Shown here: positions 15,165 through 22,840 of the stretch, in pieces
Numbering within the stretch: position 1 is the first letter of the stretch
Layout: the number at the start of each line of letters is the position of its first letter
Origin: Candidatus Krumholzibacteriia bacterium
GTDB lineage: Bacteria; Krumholzibacteriota; Krumholzibacteriia; WVZY01
Direction: 5' to 3'
Length of the DNA stretch: 24,413 nt
Assembly: GCA_046754105.1 (NCBI GenBank)
Contig: JBHHVD010000047.1
Location: 1-24,413, forward strand
Program-made: the position numbers and the translations under genes
The notes under the pieces: generated by a model
What the model was told of the DNA's origin: nothing
The model's input: the letters and a program-made list of their open reading frames with translations, nothing else
Databases searched by the model: none

Positions 15165-16403
15165 CTACCCACTCTCCTCCACCACCGCCAGCTTGCCGAC
15201 GGTCAGTCCCTGCACGATGATCGAGAAGACGACCACAAAGTAGGTGACGGTCACGAGGATCGCGCGCTCGGTTCCGGCGGGCAGCGACAACGCCAGCGCC
15301 ACGGAGATGCCGCCGTGCAGGCCTCCCCACGTCATGATGCGTACCGCCCGCGGGCTGAACGTGCGGCGGCGGCGCATCACTGCGACCGGCACGCCCACGC
15401 TCACGAAGCGGGCGAGGAGAACCACCGGGATCATCAGCACACCGGCTGTCACGTAGTCCCGCCCGATCGTGATGGCGAGCACCTCGAGGCCGATGAGGAG
15501 AAAAAGCACCGCATTTAGAATCTCGTCGATCAACTCCCAGAAGGAATCGAGGTGCTCCCGCGTCTGCTCGCTCATCGCCAGCACCCGGCCCCGGTTGCCG
15601 ATGAGAATACCGGCGACGACCATCGCGATGGGCCCCGAGACGTGGATCGCCCGGGCCAGCGCGTATCCGCCCATCACGAGTCCCAGCGTGAGCAGGACTT
15701 CCACCTGGTAGTTGTCGACGCGCTTGAGCATCCAGAAGGTTACCCAGCCGGCGGCAAAACCGAACGCGGCGCCCCCGAGAGATTCCACCACGAACAAGCG
15801 TGCCACATGTCCAACCGTCACCTCTCCCCCCCCCAGCGAGATCTCGGCCAGCACGAGAAACACCACGACCGCCACACCGTCGTTGAACAGGCTCTCACCG
15901 ACGATCTTCGTCTCCAGGCTCTTGGGCACACCCACGCGCTTGAGAATGCCGATCACGGCCACCGGATCGGTGGGTGAGATCAGCGCGCCGAAGAGCAGGC
16001 AGTACATGAAGGGGATGTCAATATCGAGCAGCGTGAACACGCCCCACGACAGGACGCCCACGATTAGTGTGGTCGTCACCAGGCCGACCGTGGCCAGGAT
16101 GCCCACAATCCACTTGCGGTCCGCGAGATCCGCCAGGTTGATCTGGAGCGCGCCGGCGAACAACAAGAAGCTCAGCATGCCATGCATCAGGGCAACGTTG
16201 AAGTCGATCCCGCCGAGTACCGCAGCCGCCTGGGCACGGGCGCTCGCCAGACCGAGGTACCCCAGCGCGACAACCGCGAGCGACATGACGATCGCGATCA
16301 CCATGATACCGATCGCCGTCGGCAGGCCGATATAACGATAGTTGATATAACTGAAAACCGCCGCCAGAGTCAGCAGCAGCGCGGCCAGATCCAGTGCAGA
16401 CAT
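15165..16403 (-). CDS. nhaP: CPA1/NhaP-type Na+/H+ antiporter
   Basis: FLLFAGAL, FGALISPTDPVAV, GESLFNDG, HVSGPIAMV, FWELIDEILNA, SIIVQGLT. SD GAGGAG favours ATG 16403. Confidence 0.92.
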   Translation of the reverse strand: MSALDLAALLLTLAAVFSYINYRYIGLPTAIGIMVIAIVMSLAVVALGYLGLASARAQAAAVLGGIDFNVALMHGMLSFLLFAGALQINLADLADRKWIVGILATVGLVTTTLIVGVLSWGVFTLLDIDIPFMYCLLFGALISPTDPVAVIGILKRVGVPKSLETKIVGESLFNDGVAVVVFLVLAEISLGGGEVTVGHVARLFVVESLGGAAFGFAAGWVTFWMLKRVDNYQVEVLLTLGLVMGGYALARAIHVSGPIAMVVAGILIGNRGRVLAMSEQTREHLDSFWELIDEILNAVLFLLIGLEVLAITIGRDYVTAGVLMIPVVLLARFVSVGVPVAVMRRRRTFSPRAVRIMTWGGLHGGISVALALSLPAGTERAILVTVTYFVVVFSIIVQGLTVGKLAVVEESG

Positions 16404-16447
16404 GCGCACACTCTCCTCTCCCGTCGGTGGTGGGGTGTCACCGGGCC

Positions 16448-16476
16448 AGTCTGCGCACGCCGCCGGTCTTTGTCAA
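16448..16476 (-). promoter_or_regulatory. Sigma-70 promoter candidate for nhaP
   Basis: Minus strand TTGACA (16476-16471), 17 nt, CAGACT (16453-16448). Confidence 0.5.
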
Positions 16477-16484
16477 TGAATCGA

Positions 16485-16513
16485 TTGCCAGCGGCGCGTG
16501 TCTATATTACAAT
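16485..16513 (+). promoter_or_regulatory. Sigma-70 promoter for the NHL-repeat gene (back-to-back with the nhaP promoter)
   Basis: TTGCCA (16485-16490), 17 nt, TACAAT (16508-16513). Confidence 0.65.
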
Positions 16514-16553
16514 CAGGTGTCACGTCTCGTCCACTCCCGGCGAAAGTACAACC

Positions 16554-17540
16554 ATGGCCCGGCTGCAAGGGATCTCCGTCCTTATACTCCTGTTCCTCTT
16601 CGCAAGTGTTCCACTTCCGGCCCGCGCCGGCGGCGCGCCTGTCTTCGTGGAAACCTGGGGTTCTCTGGGGAGCGCCGACGGCCAATTCCGACGCCTGCAC
16701 GGTGTTGCCGCCTCCCCGGACGGCTTTGTGTACGTGGCGGACACACGCAACAACCGGATCCAGAAATTCACGACCGACGGCGTCTTCGTCAGCAAGTGGG
16801 GCACGCTGGGCAGCGGCCCGGGCCAGCTGAGCTGGCCGCACGGGATCGGCGTCCTGCCCGGCGGCGACGTGGTCGTAGCCGACACCCGCAACAAGCGCGT
16901 CGTGCGTTTTCAAAGCGACGGTACTTACGTCCGGACCTGGGGATCGGAGGGCGCCGCGCCCGGCCGGTTCACCAAGCCGATCGGGCTCGCCGTCGACGCA
17001 AACGGTTTCGTTTTCGTCTGTGATTCGGCGACCCACCGCGTGCAGAAGTTCACCGGCACCGGAGCGTTCGTCACCATGTGGGGTACCCGCGGCAGTGCGA
17101 ACGGACAGTTCAACGTACCGGTCGATTGTTGCGTGGACTCCTCCGGGGCGGTGTACGTGGCCGACGCGGTAAACAGCCGTGTCCAGAAGTTCACCAACGA
17201 CGGTGTATTCATCCTGGCGTGGGGTGAAACGGGCTCCGGCGACGGGCAGTTCCAGACACCACACGTCCCGGCGGCGGGCCCGGACGGTAGTATCTACGTA
17301 TCCGACGAGTTCAACCACCGTATCCAGAAGTTTACCAACAACGGTGTGTTCCTCACCGCCTTCGGCTCCTTCGGCTCCGGCGACGGCCAATTCTTTGCGC
17401 CGATGGGTGTCGCCGTCGATCGGGACGGCAACGTCTACATCGCCGACTCCACCAACCACCGCGTCCATAAGTGGGCCGACCCCATCAAGGTGCCCGTAGA
17501 AGACACGACCTGGGGACGTACCAAGGCGATCTTCCGCTAG
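16554..17540 (+). CDS. Secreted six-bladed NHL-repeat beta-propeller with C-terminal 'VPVEDTTWGRTKAIFR' tail
   Basis: Signal peptide ending ARA. Six 47-aa repeats of WG..GS..GQF..P.G.A....G.VYVAD..N.RIQKF. Start corrected to ATG 16554. Confidence 0.9.
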   Translation: MARLQGISVLILLFLFASVPLPARAGGAPVFVETWGSLGSADGQFRRLHGVAASPDGFVYVADTRNNRIQKFTTDGVFVSKWGTLGSGPGQLSWPHGIGVLPGGDVVVADTRNKRVVRFQSDGTYVRTWGSEGAAPGRFTKPIGLAVDANGFVFVCDSATHRVQKFTGTGAFVTMWGTRGSANGQFNVPVDCCVDSSGAVYVADAVNSRVQKFTNDGVFILAWGETGSGDGQFQTPHVPAAGPDGSIYVSDEFNHRIQKFTNNGVFLTAFGSFGSGDGQFFAPMGVAVDRDGNVYIADSTNHRVHKWADPIKVPVEDTTWGRTKAIFR

Positions 17541-17556
17541 AACCGTTCGACGCAGG

Positions 17557-18435
17557 TCACGATCTCCGGGCCAGCGGCCGCGTGAGACACGTCGGCCCGC
17601 CGGCGCCTCTTACGCTGATCTCGTTCCCGTCGTACGCGTGGACCTCGACACCCGCCGCCTCGAGCCGTTCGCGGGTCAGCGGGTTGCCGGAGAGCGCGAT
17701 GCACCGGCGCGGCGCGACGGCGAGGACGTTGCACCCCATGGTGTCGAATTCCGCATCGGGAACCTCGATGAGTTCCATGCCCCGGTGGAGGAGCGCTTCG
17801 CGAAACGGGACGGGCAAAAGAGGCGAGTAGACCAGCGCGAGGTCGTCGTCGATCGGGCTCAACACCGACATCAGGTGAAACACGCCGCCGGGCCCGCGCC
17901 AGTGCGGCAGCGGCACCACGATCAATTCGTCGACGCAGCCGCCGAGCAGGTCCCGCAATTGGCGGATCCCCTCGTCGTTGCTGCGGTAGCCGCGTCCCAC
18001 GGCCAGCGTGCGCCGGTCGATCCACGCGACGTCGCCGCCTTCGAGCCGACCCTCGCCCGCGATCGCCCCGCGGATATCGACGCCCGCCGCCCGGTACGCC
18101 GCCTCCGCCGCCCGCGGCTCCCCGCGCCGCGCCGCCTTGCCCATGCCGCACAGGATCAGCCCCTCGTCGCACACCACCGCCGCGTCGCGCACGTAGATCG
18201 AATCCAGGCCGACGCCGTCGCCCGCCGGAAGGTAGAGAATATCGACCCCAAAGCTCTCGATCAGCTCTGCGAAACGATCGTATTCATCGACCGCGCGGGC
18301 GAAATCCGGAGGTCCCGTGTAGCCGAGCTCGCACCACTGGCGCCCGATCCCGTCGTCGCTCACGAATGCATCGCGAGCGTGCTTGAGTATCACGCGCTCC
18401 ATCGTGCCGACTTCCGACTGGGATCCGGCGCTCAT
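17557..18435 (-). CDS. Amidinotransferase/pentein superfamily enzyme (DDAH or arginine deiminase-like)
   Basis: DSIYVRD, R.GE, LEGGD, RSN, FHL, CNVLA and C-terminal GGPTCLT (catalytic Cys). Confidence 0.88.
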   Translation of the reverse strand: MSAGSQSEVGTMERVILKHARDAFVSDDGIGRQWCELGYTGPPDFARAVDEYDRFAELIESFGVDILYLPAGDGVGLDSIYVRDAAVVCDEGLILCGMGKAARRGEPRAAEAAYRAAGVDIRGAIAGEGRLEGGDVAWIDRRTLAVGRGYRSNDEGIRQLRDLLGGCVDELIVVPLPHWRGPGGVFHLMSVLSPIDDDLALVYSPLLPVPFREALLHRGMELIEVPDAEFDTMGCNVLAVAPRRCIALSGNPLTRERLEAAGVEVHAYDGNEISVRGAGGPTCLTRPLARRS

Positions 18436-18444
18436 GGCGCGTGG

Positions 18445-18488
18445 TTGATAAAAGTCAAATACAAAACCGCGTACATAACGACTAAGAT
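18445..18488 (+). promoter_or_regulatory. FNR/CRP-like box plus -10 element for iorAB (class II-like architecture)
   Basis: TTGAT-AAAA-GTCAA at 18445-18458, TAAGAT at 18483-18488, no consensus -35. Confidence 0.55.
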
Positions 18489-18526
18489 TCTATCAACGAT
18501 CACGGCAAGCGCAAAGGAGGATCCCC

Positions 18527-20338
18527 GTGCCGTCGAGCGCAAGGTCCGAGCGTACCGTCGCCGCAAAGGACGCGGCCACACCGGCCCTCATGTCGGGCAA
18601 CGCGGCCATTGCCCGTGGCGCCTGGGAAGCCGGCGTCCACTACGCGACCGGCTATCCCGGCACGCCGAGCACCGAGATACTGGAGAACATATCGACGTAC
18701 GTCGGCATCGAGGCCGAGTGGTCCACCAACGAGAAGGTTGCCATGGACGTCGCCATGGGTATCTCGCTCGCAGGGCGGCGCGCGCTCGTCACGATGAAAC
18801 ACGTAGGGCTCAACGTCGCGGCGGACTCCTTCATGGTGTTTCCCTACTCGGGGTGTATCGGCGGTCTGGTCGTCATCTCCGCGGACGACCCGGGCATGCA
18901 CTCGTCGCAGAACGAGCAGGACAATCGCTATTTCGCAAAGTTCGCCAAGGTGCCGCTGCTCGAACCGGTCGACCCCCAGGAGGCAAAGGATTTCGTCTCC
19001 ATCGCCTTCGATCTTTCCGAGCACTTCGAAACCCCGGTCTTGCTGCGCACCACCACACGTATCGCCCACGCCAAGGGCGTCGTCGAACTCGGCCCGCAGC
19101 GACCCACGCCGCCCCGGCGGTACGAGACGGACATCGCTCGTTTCCTCGTGCCGCCCTTCGCACGCAAGCGGCGCACCGTCGTCGAGGCGCGGCTCGAGAA
19201 GCTCCGCGAGTTCTCCGAATGCTTCGAGTTCAACCGCGTGGAGCGCGGGAACCCAGAGGTCGGCGTCATCGCCAGCGGCATCGCCTACCAGTACGCGCGA
19301 GAAGTCCTGCCCGCCGCCACGTACTTGCGTGTCGGGATGGCGTTTCCGTTTCCCGTCGACAAGGCGCGAGAGTTTTGCCGGCGTTTCGAGACCGTCTACG
19401 TCATCGAGGAGGGCGAGCCTTTCATCGAGGAGAGCCTGCGGGTCGAGGGCATTACCAATATCCTCGGCAAGACGCGAATCCCCCGTATCGGCGAACTAAA
19501 CCCCGAGATCATCGCCCACGCGATCGACGGCACGCCGGTCCCACGGACCTACGCCTCGGAGGTCGCGATCCCGGCGCGCCCCCCCCTGTTGTGCCTGGGC
19601 TGTCCACACCGCGGGGTGTTCTACATTCTTAAGAAGATGATGAAACTGAACGTCGTAGCCCTCGGCGATATAGGATGTTACACTCTCGGCGGTCTCCCGC
19701 CGTATTCATCGATGCAGACCTCGTTCTGTATGGGCGCCAGCGTCGGCAACGCCCTCGGCTTCGCCCTCGGTACGGCCGGCAATGGCGACCAGAAGGCGGT
19801 GGGCGTGATCGGGGACGGTACGTTCCTGCACGGGGGCATTCCCGGCCTGATCGACATGGTCTACAAACGGAGTCCCGCCACTCTCGTCATCTGCGACAAC
19901 TCGACGACGGGGATGACCGGGCAGCAGGAGAACCCGGCGAGCGGGAGGAAGACCGGCGGCGAGCCCGCTCCGGCGGTCGACATCGCAACACTCGTCGAGT
20001 CGATCGGCGTCGAGTTCGTCCGCACGGTCGACCCCTACGATCTCAAGCTCCTGCGCAAGGCGCTACGCGAAGCGATCCGTCACACCGGACCCGCCGTGGT
20101 TATCGCCCGCCACCCCTGTCTCATGATCAGGGAGCAACGGGCGCTGCGTCGCGAACCCATCTCGTTCGAACCGGACGATTGCAATTTTTGCAAGCTCTGC
20201 CACGACCTCGGCTGCCCGGCCATCGAGTGGAGCGACGCCGCCGGTCCGGTCATCGACGACCTGCAGTGCATCGGTTGCGAGATGTGCGCGGCGCTGTGCC
20301 AGCCGGGCGCCCTGCACGGTCCGGGTGCCGCGCCATGA
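18527..20338 (+). CDS. iorA: Indolepyruvate:ferredoxin oxidoreductase alpha subunit
   Basis: GNAAIARGA, GYPGTPSTEI, NEKVA, MKHVGLNVAAD, SSQNEQD, RPP.LC.GCPHR, GDIGCY, GDG TPP motif and a C-terminal 2x[4Fe-4S] domain. SD AAGGAGG. Confidence 0.95.
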   Translation: MPSSARSERTVAAKDAATPALMSGNAAIARGAWEAGVHYATGYPGTPSTEILENISTYVGIEAEWSTNEKVAMDVAMGISLAGRRALVTMKHVGLNVAADSFMVFPYSGCIGGLVVISADDPGMHSSQNEQDNRYFAKFAKVPLLEPVDPQEAKDFVSIAFDLSEHFETPVLLRTTTRIAHAKGVVELGPQRPTPPRRYETDIARFLVPPFARKRRTVVEARLEKLREFSECFEFNRVERGNPEVGVIASGIAYQYAREVLPAATYLRVGMAFPFPVDKAREFCRRFETVYVIEEGEPFIEESLRVEGITNILGKTRIPRIGELNPEIIAHAIDGTPVPRTYASEVAIPARPPLLCLGCPHRGVFYILKKMMKLNVVALGDIGCYTLGGLPPYSSMQTSFCMGASVGNALGFALGTAGNGDQKAVGVIGDGTFLHGGIPGLIDMVYKRSPATLVICDNSTTGMTGQQENPASGRKTGGEPAPAVDIATLVESIGVEFVRTVDPYDLKLLRKALREAIRHTGPAVVIARHPCLMIREQRALRREPISFEPDDCNFCKLCHDLGCPAIEWSDAAGPVIDDLQCIGCEMCAALCQPGALHGPGAAP

Positions 20339-20970
20339 CGTCACCCCGCACACGAAAGCCCGTCGATCGCGACCGTGCGGATCGGCCCACCAACGTGCTC
20401 ATGGCCGGTGTCGGTGGCCAGGGAGTGTTGATCGCAAGCGAGATCCTCGCGCTGGCCGCACTCGCGGCGGGCCTGAGTGCAAAGCAGTCCGAGGTCCACG
20501 GCGTCGCCCAGCGGGGCGGCAGTGTCGTCAGCCACGTGCGTTTCGGCCCACGAGTTCACTCCCCGCTCATTCGCTGTGGCGAGGTCGACGCGCTCTGCGC
20601 GGCCGAACGCCTCGAGGCGCTGCGATACGCGCACTATGTCAAACCGGGCGGCACGTTTGTCATCAACGATCACGCGATCAAGCCGATCCGGATGCCCGGC
20701 GAGGACGAGCAACCATACCCCGAGGGCGTCGGAGACTTTCTGCGCGACAAGGGGTACGACGTCGTCCTCGTCGGGGCGTTCGCCGAGGCCCGGCCCCTCG
20801 GCGATAAACGCTGCGCCAACGTGGTGCTGCTCGGCGTGCTCTCCACCCGCCTCGAACTTCCCGACGCGTCCTGGCGCTCGGCGCTCGCCCAGCGACTGCC
20901 GGTGGCCGTCCGCGCACTCAACCTGCGTGCGTTCGACACCGGCCACGCGCTCCCCCATCCCGTGCGGTAG
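20335..20970 (+). CDS. iorB: Indolepyruvate:ferredoxin oxidoreductase beta subunit
   Basis: AGVGGQG, SEVHG.AQRGGSV.SHVRFG, ANVVLLG, NLRAF. ATGA overlap with the iorA stop. Confidence 0.93.
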   Translation: MTSPRTRKPVDRDRADRPTNVLMAGVGGQGVLIASEILALAALAAGLSAKQSEVHGVAQRGGSVVSHVRFGPRVHSPLIRCGEVDALCAAERLEALRYAHYVKPGGTFVINDHAIKPIRMPGEDEQPYPEGVGDFLRDKGYDVVLVGAFAEARPLGDKRCANVVLLGVLSTRLELPDASWRSALAQRLPVAVRALNLRAFDTGHALPHPVR

Positions 20971-21025
20971 GTGTACACCCCTTCCACCAGGCCCCCTTCC
21001 GGGCGCCCCCGACTGCCGGTCCCGT

Positions 21026-21041
21026 TGGCCCGGAAGTTGCC
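21026..21041 (+). promoter_or_regulatory. Sigma-54 (-24/-12) promoter of the lipoprotein gene at 21168
   Basis: TGGCCCGGAAGTTGCC: GG 21027-21028, 10 nt, GC 21039-21040. Confidence 0.65.
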
Positions 21042-21075
21042 CCTCGCCCGTACAGTGCCACGGGTTCGCACATGG

Positions 21076-21115
21076 GTCACTTGGGGTGTTGCTCGAAAGT
21101 AATACCCTAAGTGAC
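21076..21115 (+). other. 18-bp uninterrupted RNA hairpin in the lipoprotein 5' leader
   Basis: GTCACTTGGGGTGTTGCT-cgaa-AGTAATACCCTAAGTGAC: 15 Watson-Crick and 3 G-U pairs on the + strand. Confidence 0.6.
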
Positions 21116-21167
21116 TGTTGGTGCGTGCCTTGTGTTGTCACGCACGACTCGAATCCAGGAGGCAGCC

Positions 21168-21881
21168 ATGACGAGGTCCCGCATCGTACCCACGCTGTCG
21201 CGTTTTGCCCTCTTCTGCGTTGCCCTGCTGCTCGCCGGCTGCGGGGGATCCGACACGCCGAGTGTCCCCCTTATCATCAACCCGGGTGGCACCGGCACCA
21301 TGACGTTGCAGGTGAACGCGCAGGCGCTGGGAGCCGACGCGGGCCCCGGCGGCTCGTTGAATACCGATTTTATCGTCGCGGTCAGTGATACGCTGGGCGG
21401 ACCCGTCTCCGGCGCGGCCGTCGCGGTGCAGACCCCGTATGGCATCGTCACGTTGACCGAGGATCCCCTGACCCCCGGCACCTATAACGGTGTTTCGTCG
21501 GCCTACCAGCCGGGTGTGTACTCAGTGAGCGTCGTACGCGGGCCGGACAATGTATCCGGCGTGAGCGTCGTCGGGCCCGACATCCACACGATCACCAGCC
21601 CCGCAGCCCAGGCGACCGTCGGCAAGGACATTCCAATCGACGTCCGCTGGACACGTTCGGCCACCGCCCAGGAATCGCGCGTGGAAACGAGGGATTACGT
21701 GGGGAACTGGTCCATGTCGGACCCCGGCGTAATGACGGTCCCCGCGTCCGGCAATCCGCCGCGTGTCGACCAGCGTTTCCGCGTGAAGCGCGCCAACCGC
21801 CAGGCGGCCGCCGGCGGTCTCGCCGGCTCCGATTTTCGAGTGAGAATCCGCACCACCGTCGAGCCGGTTATCTCCCAATAG
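21168..21881 (+). CDS. Uncharacterised lipoprotein (about 237 aa, probably two beta-sandwich domains)
   Basis: SD AGGAGG, signal peptide with a canonical LAGC lipobox, beta-rich body. Confidence 0.82.
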   Translation: MTRSRIVPTLSRFALFCVALLLAGCGGSDTPSVPLIINPGGTGTMTLQVNAQALGADAGPGGSLNTDFIVAVSDTLGGPVSGAAVAVQTPYGIVTLTEDPLTPGTYNGVSSAYQPGVYSVSVVRGPDNVSGVSVVGPDIHTITSPAAQATVGKDIPIDVRWTRSATAQESRVETRDYVGNWSMSDPGVMTVPASGNPPRVDQRFRVKRANRQAAAGGLAGSDFRVRIRTTVEPVISQ

Positions 21882-21889
21882 GACGCATT

Positions 21890-21930
21890 CCCCTCCCTCC
21901 GGCCGGACGAGTGTTTCCGGCCGGGGGGGG
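21890..21930. terminator. GC-rich hairpin between convergent genes
   Basis: CCGGCCGGA pairs with TCCGGCCGG, extended by flanking C-rich and G-run arms. No U-tract. Confidence 0.5.
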
Positions 21931-21952
21931 TCCCACAGTGTCCCTCTCGAGA

Positions 21953-22831
21953 TCAGCCCTGCATCGTATCGGGCTCGGTGTGAACGACGACGTCGACGAC
22001 CTTCAGGCGCGAGGCGAACAGGCGGTCGACGACGTCGTGCGCGATCTCGTGGCCCCGGCGCACCGTGATATCACCGTCGACCGTCACGTGGATATCCATC
22101 AGCAGGCCGAGGCCGCTCTTGCGAATGCGGCACTTCTCGATGGCGACCACTCCGTCGACGCCCGCGGCGATACCCCTGACTTTGCCTTCGATGCCCTGCG
22201 GAACCGCCGCATCCATCATCTCGTCAACCGCAGGGCGCAGCAGCCGAACCCCGTTGTATAGAATGACCCCGCATGCGGCGAGTGCGCCCCAGTCATCGGC
22301 GCTCTCGTAGCCGCGACCGCCGATCAACGCGATCGAGATCCCGAGGAAGGCGGCCACCGACGTGATCGCGTCCGAACGATGGTGCCAGCTGTCGGCCTTC
22401 AAGGACTGACTGCCCAAAGATTCCCCCACTCCGGAGAGAAGCCGGTACATGGTCTCCTTCACCGTGATGACAACAAGGAGCACGAGCAGCGTGTACCATG
22501 CGGGCGCGTGGTGGGGCGTGCGGATTTCGCGAATACTCTGCGCCGCGATGACGAGTCCGGCGCCGATCAGGGCCAGCGATACCAGTGCGGCGGCAAACGA
22601 CTCGGCCTTGCCGTGGCCGTAGGGATGTGTACGATCCGGCGGCCTCGCGGAGATGCGCAACCCGCTCCAGACGACCAGGGAAGAAACGATGTCGGCCGTC
22701 GACTCGATACCGTCGGCAACGAGGGCGTAGGAATTGCCGACGACGCCAGCCGCAATCTTGGTGCCGGCCAGGACCACGTTGACGGCGACCGACAGCCCGG
22801 AAAGCCGGAGTCCTCTTCGCAGCATCGTCAT
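21953..22831 (-). CDS. Cation diffusion facilitator (FieF/MamB-like) metal efflux transporter
   Basis: S.AL.ADG.ES..D, PPD..HPYGHGKAE, AD.WHHRSD, DIH.TVD, RGHEIA, VVHTEP. Confidence 0.92.
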   Translation of the reverse strand: MTMLRRGLRLSGLSVAVNVVLAGTKIAAGVVGNSYALVADGIESTADIVSSLVVWSGLRISARPPDRTHPYGHGKAESFAAALVSLALIGAGLVIAAQSIREIRTPHHAPAWYTLLVLLVVITVKETMYRLLSGVGESLGSQSLKADSWHHRSDAITSVAAFLGISIALIGGRGYESADDWGALAACGVILYNGVRLLRPAVDEMMDAAVPQGIEGKVRGIAAGVDGVVAIEKCRIRKSGLGLLMDIHVTVDGDITVRRGHEIAHDVVDRLFASRLKVVDVVVHTEPDTMQG

Positions 22832-22840
22832 CGCCGCCGA

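Noticed and set aside
13487..16403. sigZ-arsM-nhaP block as a bona fide mobile element
   Set aside because: No integrase, transposase, tRNA target or flanking direct repeats are visible. Only the RND remnant hints at a past rearrangement.
16640..17480. Approximately 141-nt periodic DNA repeats (e.g. recurring CAGAAGTTCACC) as a possible CRISPR or tandem array
   Set aside because: The repeats are in-frame and degenerate, and are fully explained by the NHL protein blades. There are no identical repeats with unique spacers and no cas genes.
18444..18497. GTTGATA...TATCAAC inverted repeat as IS/MITE ends
   Set aside because: Only 7 bp long and 40 nt apart, with no target-site duplication or transposase. 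It overlaps the promoter elements.
17638..19632. 664-aa + strand ORF, and other long alternative ORFs such as 1143-2297, 12310-13437, 13530-14603 and 22379-23737
   Set aside because: They are shadow frames of well-supported genes. Their Arg/Pro/Gly-rich composition is what stop-poor GC-rich DNA produces.
20970..20979. Palindromes GGTGTACACC (20970) and TGTCGACA (5901) as shared sigma-54 enhancer sites
   Set aside because: They are short, have different spacing, and have no counterpart before the OMP promoter, so they cannot be distinguished from chance.
21052..21167. c-di-GMP-I riboswitch (GAAA loop and CCUAAG are present)
   Set aside because: It lacks the GCAAAC...GGACGCAAAG core, and CCUAAG is buried in the same stem as the loop rather than in a separate receptor helix.
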